Assembly (NCBI RefSeq): GCF_963921235.1 | Contig: NC_086108.1 | Location: 48,114,001 to 48,178,000 of the forward strand | Direction of reading: 5' to 3' | DNA: 64,000 nt | Source: Mobula hypostoma | Lineage: Eukaryota | Shown here: piece by piece, positions 61,410 through 64,000 of the stretch | How the letters are laid out: each line of letters begins with the position of its first letter | Position numbering within the stretch: position 1 is the first letter of the stretch | Position numbers and translations under genes: made by a program | The notes under the pieces: model-generated | What the model was told of the DNA's origin: nothing | The model's input: the letters and a program-made list of their open reading frames with translations, nothing else | Database searches by the model: none

Positions 61410-63763
61410 GTGAGACCTAAAGTCCTGAATCATCAGGTAGTTTTTACAATAATCCTGCTACTGTATTAGTAATGAACATACTACCATTTCCATATAAAAT
61501 TATTTTCTTGTGCTTAACATGGATTGCTTAACAGTAGAAAAATGGTTTAATTAACATAAGCATCTTCATTTTACATTCATTTTACAGGTGCCATAGCAAC
61601 AGACACTGCTGATGTAATATTTCTTATAAAAACATCAGTAGTATATCTGTGCTCGGTCCTATTCAGAAGAGAACGGCTGTTGGATGCTAAACAGGATTTG
61701 CAATGTAACCTTGCCAGCTTTCTCCCTTAGTTTACTCATGCCTCCCTATTGATGATGAAAGCTCTCTATGCAAAGTGGGATTTGGCGGAAATCACCAAAG
61801 ATTTTTATCAACTGAGCCATTCGAGAACCTGCATTTCACATTCCTCCTTAAAATAGGTTTCTGCATCAGTTAAATCAATGCTAAACTCTGGCTCTTTGAA
61901 GTATGCTGGAAGTAATCTTTGCTGAAATACTTACATGTCAGATTGAGCGAATATCTCATGTACAAATAATCATTTCCACTTTAATTTCATCACATTATGT
62001 GCTTATTTACTGAAAAGGGGGGAAATACTCCAACTGTTACAGCATTTTTGAGCAAAGGAAATTCCAGGTGATTAATGTAGTGTGGCGACCTCATCAGAGC
62101 CAGTGATGGACCACTGCAAGTAATCTTTCAGGAAACATAAAATTCCATAGCATTGTACCACTGCGAACACATTGCTACTCCATGGATGTAGTCGTGATAA
62201 CAGCTATATGCCTTTTAATCAAAAAGGTTTAGGTAGATTTGTTGGATGAAATTACCATTGTGTTCTCAGATTACCTGTAATCACTTGGAGCAATCTTGAG
62301 ACCTGCTGCCTGGGAGAACCAGGGTAGTTGTTGATTATCAGCAGCATTTAAATCAGATTTTCTGCAACAAGGGACACCTTACACACGCTGTAGAGATTGA
62401 GCCTGGTGCTTACATGCTCTAGTATTCCCACCCTGTCATTTTACAATTACAAATGATGCTTACATTTCACTGGAAAGGTTCTGTACTATTGATACTTCTA
62501 GCAGTGTTAAGTTTAACAGCATCCACAAGGATCACAGTATACATTACACTTAAAAGGAGTTGTCAAATAAAATGAAATGGCTTCATCAGCTTCAGGAAAA
62601 CAACAATTACTTTTGGAGTCAAGCTGACGTATTGGAGGATAGACTCTCTCAAGCTGAGTTAATAATTGGCCAATGAGGCTTTCTCATCTCGATCAAAACT
62701 GTCCTTAGAAAGAGTTCCTGATTGAAAACTTAAGCTTTAGGTATTTCTATTATTTTCTCGTCATTTCAAACATTTTATTTTTTATATGTTATATGTGCAC
62801 AGTTGATAATCTTTCAACTTATAACCTCCTTGATTTAGAAAATAAGGGAATTCGGAAGTATTTTGAACAGTGGTTGCAATAGTGCTTCATGTGAGGGGAC
62901 CTTTACTTTCATTACTGGGAAATTGAAGTTAGGACGAACCTGTCCACAAAGTAACGGACAGAACAGAAACGCACATATCAGAAATTCTCAGTGAACCATA
63001 TTAACTGCAAACTTTGGCAGTGAATTAGCATCCTTTTAAAACTCCAATAAATACCCAGTCTCATCCTCCATGTACTGTCCTGCATTGTTATTATTTAATG
63101 CGCGCTGGTTGTGTAGATACTTAAATTTACAGGCATTAGTGAGTGTTTTGAGTTTGTTCACATGGGTTGGAATGCAGATGTTTCTTGATGAATCCAGACC
63201 CAATGTTTACAGTTGGAAAAACAACTATACAGTAGATGTAAGAATGTTCAGGTGTTGTTTATCAACTTTATTTGCTGGCTGTTGACATAAGGGCTGTGCT
63301 GGCCAACAATGCAACACTTTAATTGTGGCAGATCTTTCATTGGCCAAAGATCTCTGGCTTAGACCACTGAGCCATTACGTTTCCTCCAGCATTCCCCCGC
63401 AATATTTTAAAAAGTATTTAATAAATACGCTCTCAGATAGTTACAGACGTGCTCAAAGGCACAGTTGAGAAATCTGTGGAAGTTCATGGTACCCCATTGG
63501 ACTCAATTTGGAGTCCACTAGTTTCACACTTGACAGCCAGTAACACAGCTACCAAGGCAGGAGTGCTGCTCCTGGAAAATCTCCACATATACAGTTTACA
63601 GTTTGCTCATCTGAAATATGCGGTCACTTGTGCTTGCTATTGGCGCTATTTTGCAGCTGGCAGCTGGGTTGGAATATTGTGAGGCAAAGGCAAATACACC
63701 AGCTTTGTTTTACCTCTACCAAACAGTATTGTAGTTGCTTTTATGAAACAAATTAGGCTAACC

Positions 63764-63843
63764 CAGGAGTTCCTAACCATTTTTATGCCATGGACGCCTA
63801 CCATTAACTGAAGAGTCCATGGACCCCAGGTTGGTTACCCCTG
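63764..63843. mobile_element. 80-bp hAT/Charlie-like MITE
   Basis: CAGGAGTTCCTAACC ... GGTTGGTTACCCCTG TIRs; internal ccatggac/gtccatgg inverted pair; homologous to 3329-3400. Confidence 0.7.
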
Positions 63844-64000
63844 GTTTACACCAAATTATGCTGCTTTGTCACAAGTGGTATCACAGTAAAAGATTTTCCG
63901 TGAAACATGACTTGAGCTTTATGATTTAATTTGGTGCCAAATATGTACTGACTCCCTCCATAGATTTAACTAGAAAAATTACAGAGCTTGTCATATTTCC

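Noticed and set aside
61588..61641. Possible next HMCN1 exon after ttttacag
   Set aside because: The phase-1 frame (GAIATDTADVIFLIKHQ*) stops quickly and does not resemble the first Ig domain; the next exon is probably beyond the window.
1..64000. Prokaryotic systems (CRISPR array, operons, retrons, defence islands)
   Set aside because: No regularly spaced repeat-spacer array or gene-dense organisation; all RT fragments belong to eukaryotic LINE, PLE or LTR classes within spliceosomal introns.

Overview
Eukaryotic (vertebrate) genomic DNA. The repeat repertoire (CR1, Rex1, Neptune-type Penelope, Deu-SINE-like and V-SINE-like remnants) suggests a cartilaginous fish, but this is an inference. 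The whole window lies inside the hemicentin-1 gene (HMCN1, + strand). Five internal coding exons with canonical AG/GT junctions and compatible phases (1405-1527, 27018-27189, 30139-30245, 60713-60833, 61146-61409) encode the end of the VWA domain and the following hemicentin region. The two long introns (~25.5 kb and ~30.5 kb) are dense with decayed and nested transposons. Almost all ORFs in the supplied track are TE fragments or spurious. Highlights: (1) a minus-strand Gypsy LTR element whose RT/RNaseH/integrase core is replaced by an intronless fragment of the host splicing factor RBM25; (2) a Penelope-like element with ~620-bp inverted arms, minimal hammerhead ribozyme motifs and a 13-bp TSD, inserted into a ~150-bp-arm palindrome inside a Tigger/pogo transposon; (3) several non-coding AAGATGG-headed elements with LINE-type tails; (4) a short templated insertion upstream of an exon. 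All family and homology calls are from recognition by eye with no database search, and TE boundaries are approximate unless TIRs, TSDs or LTR ends are quoted.
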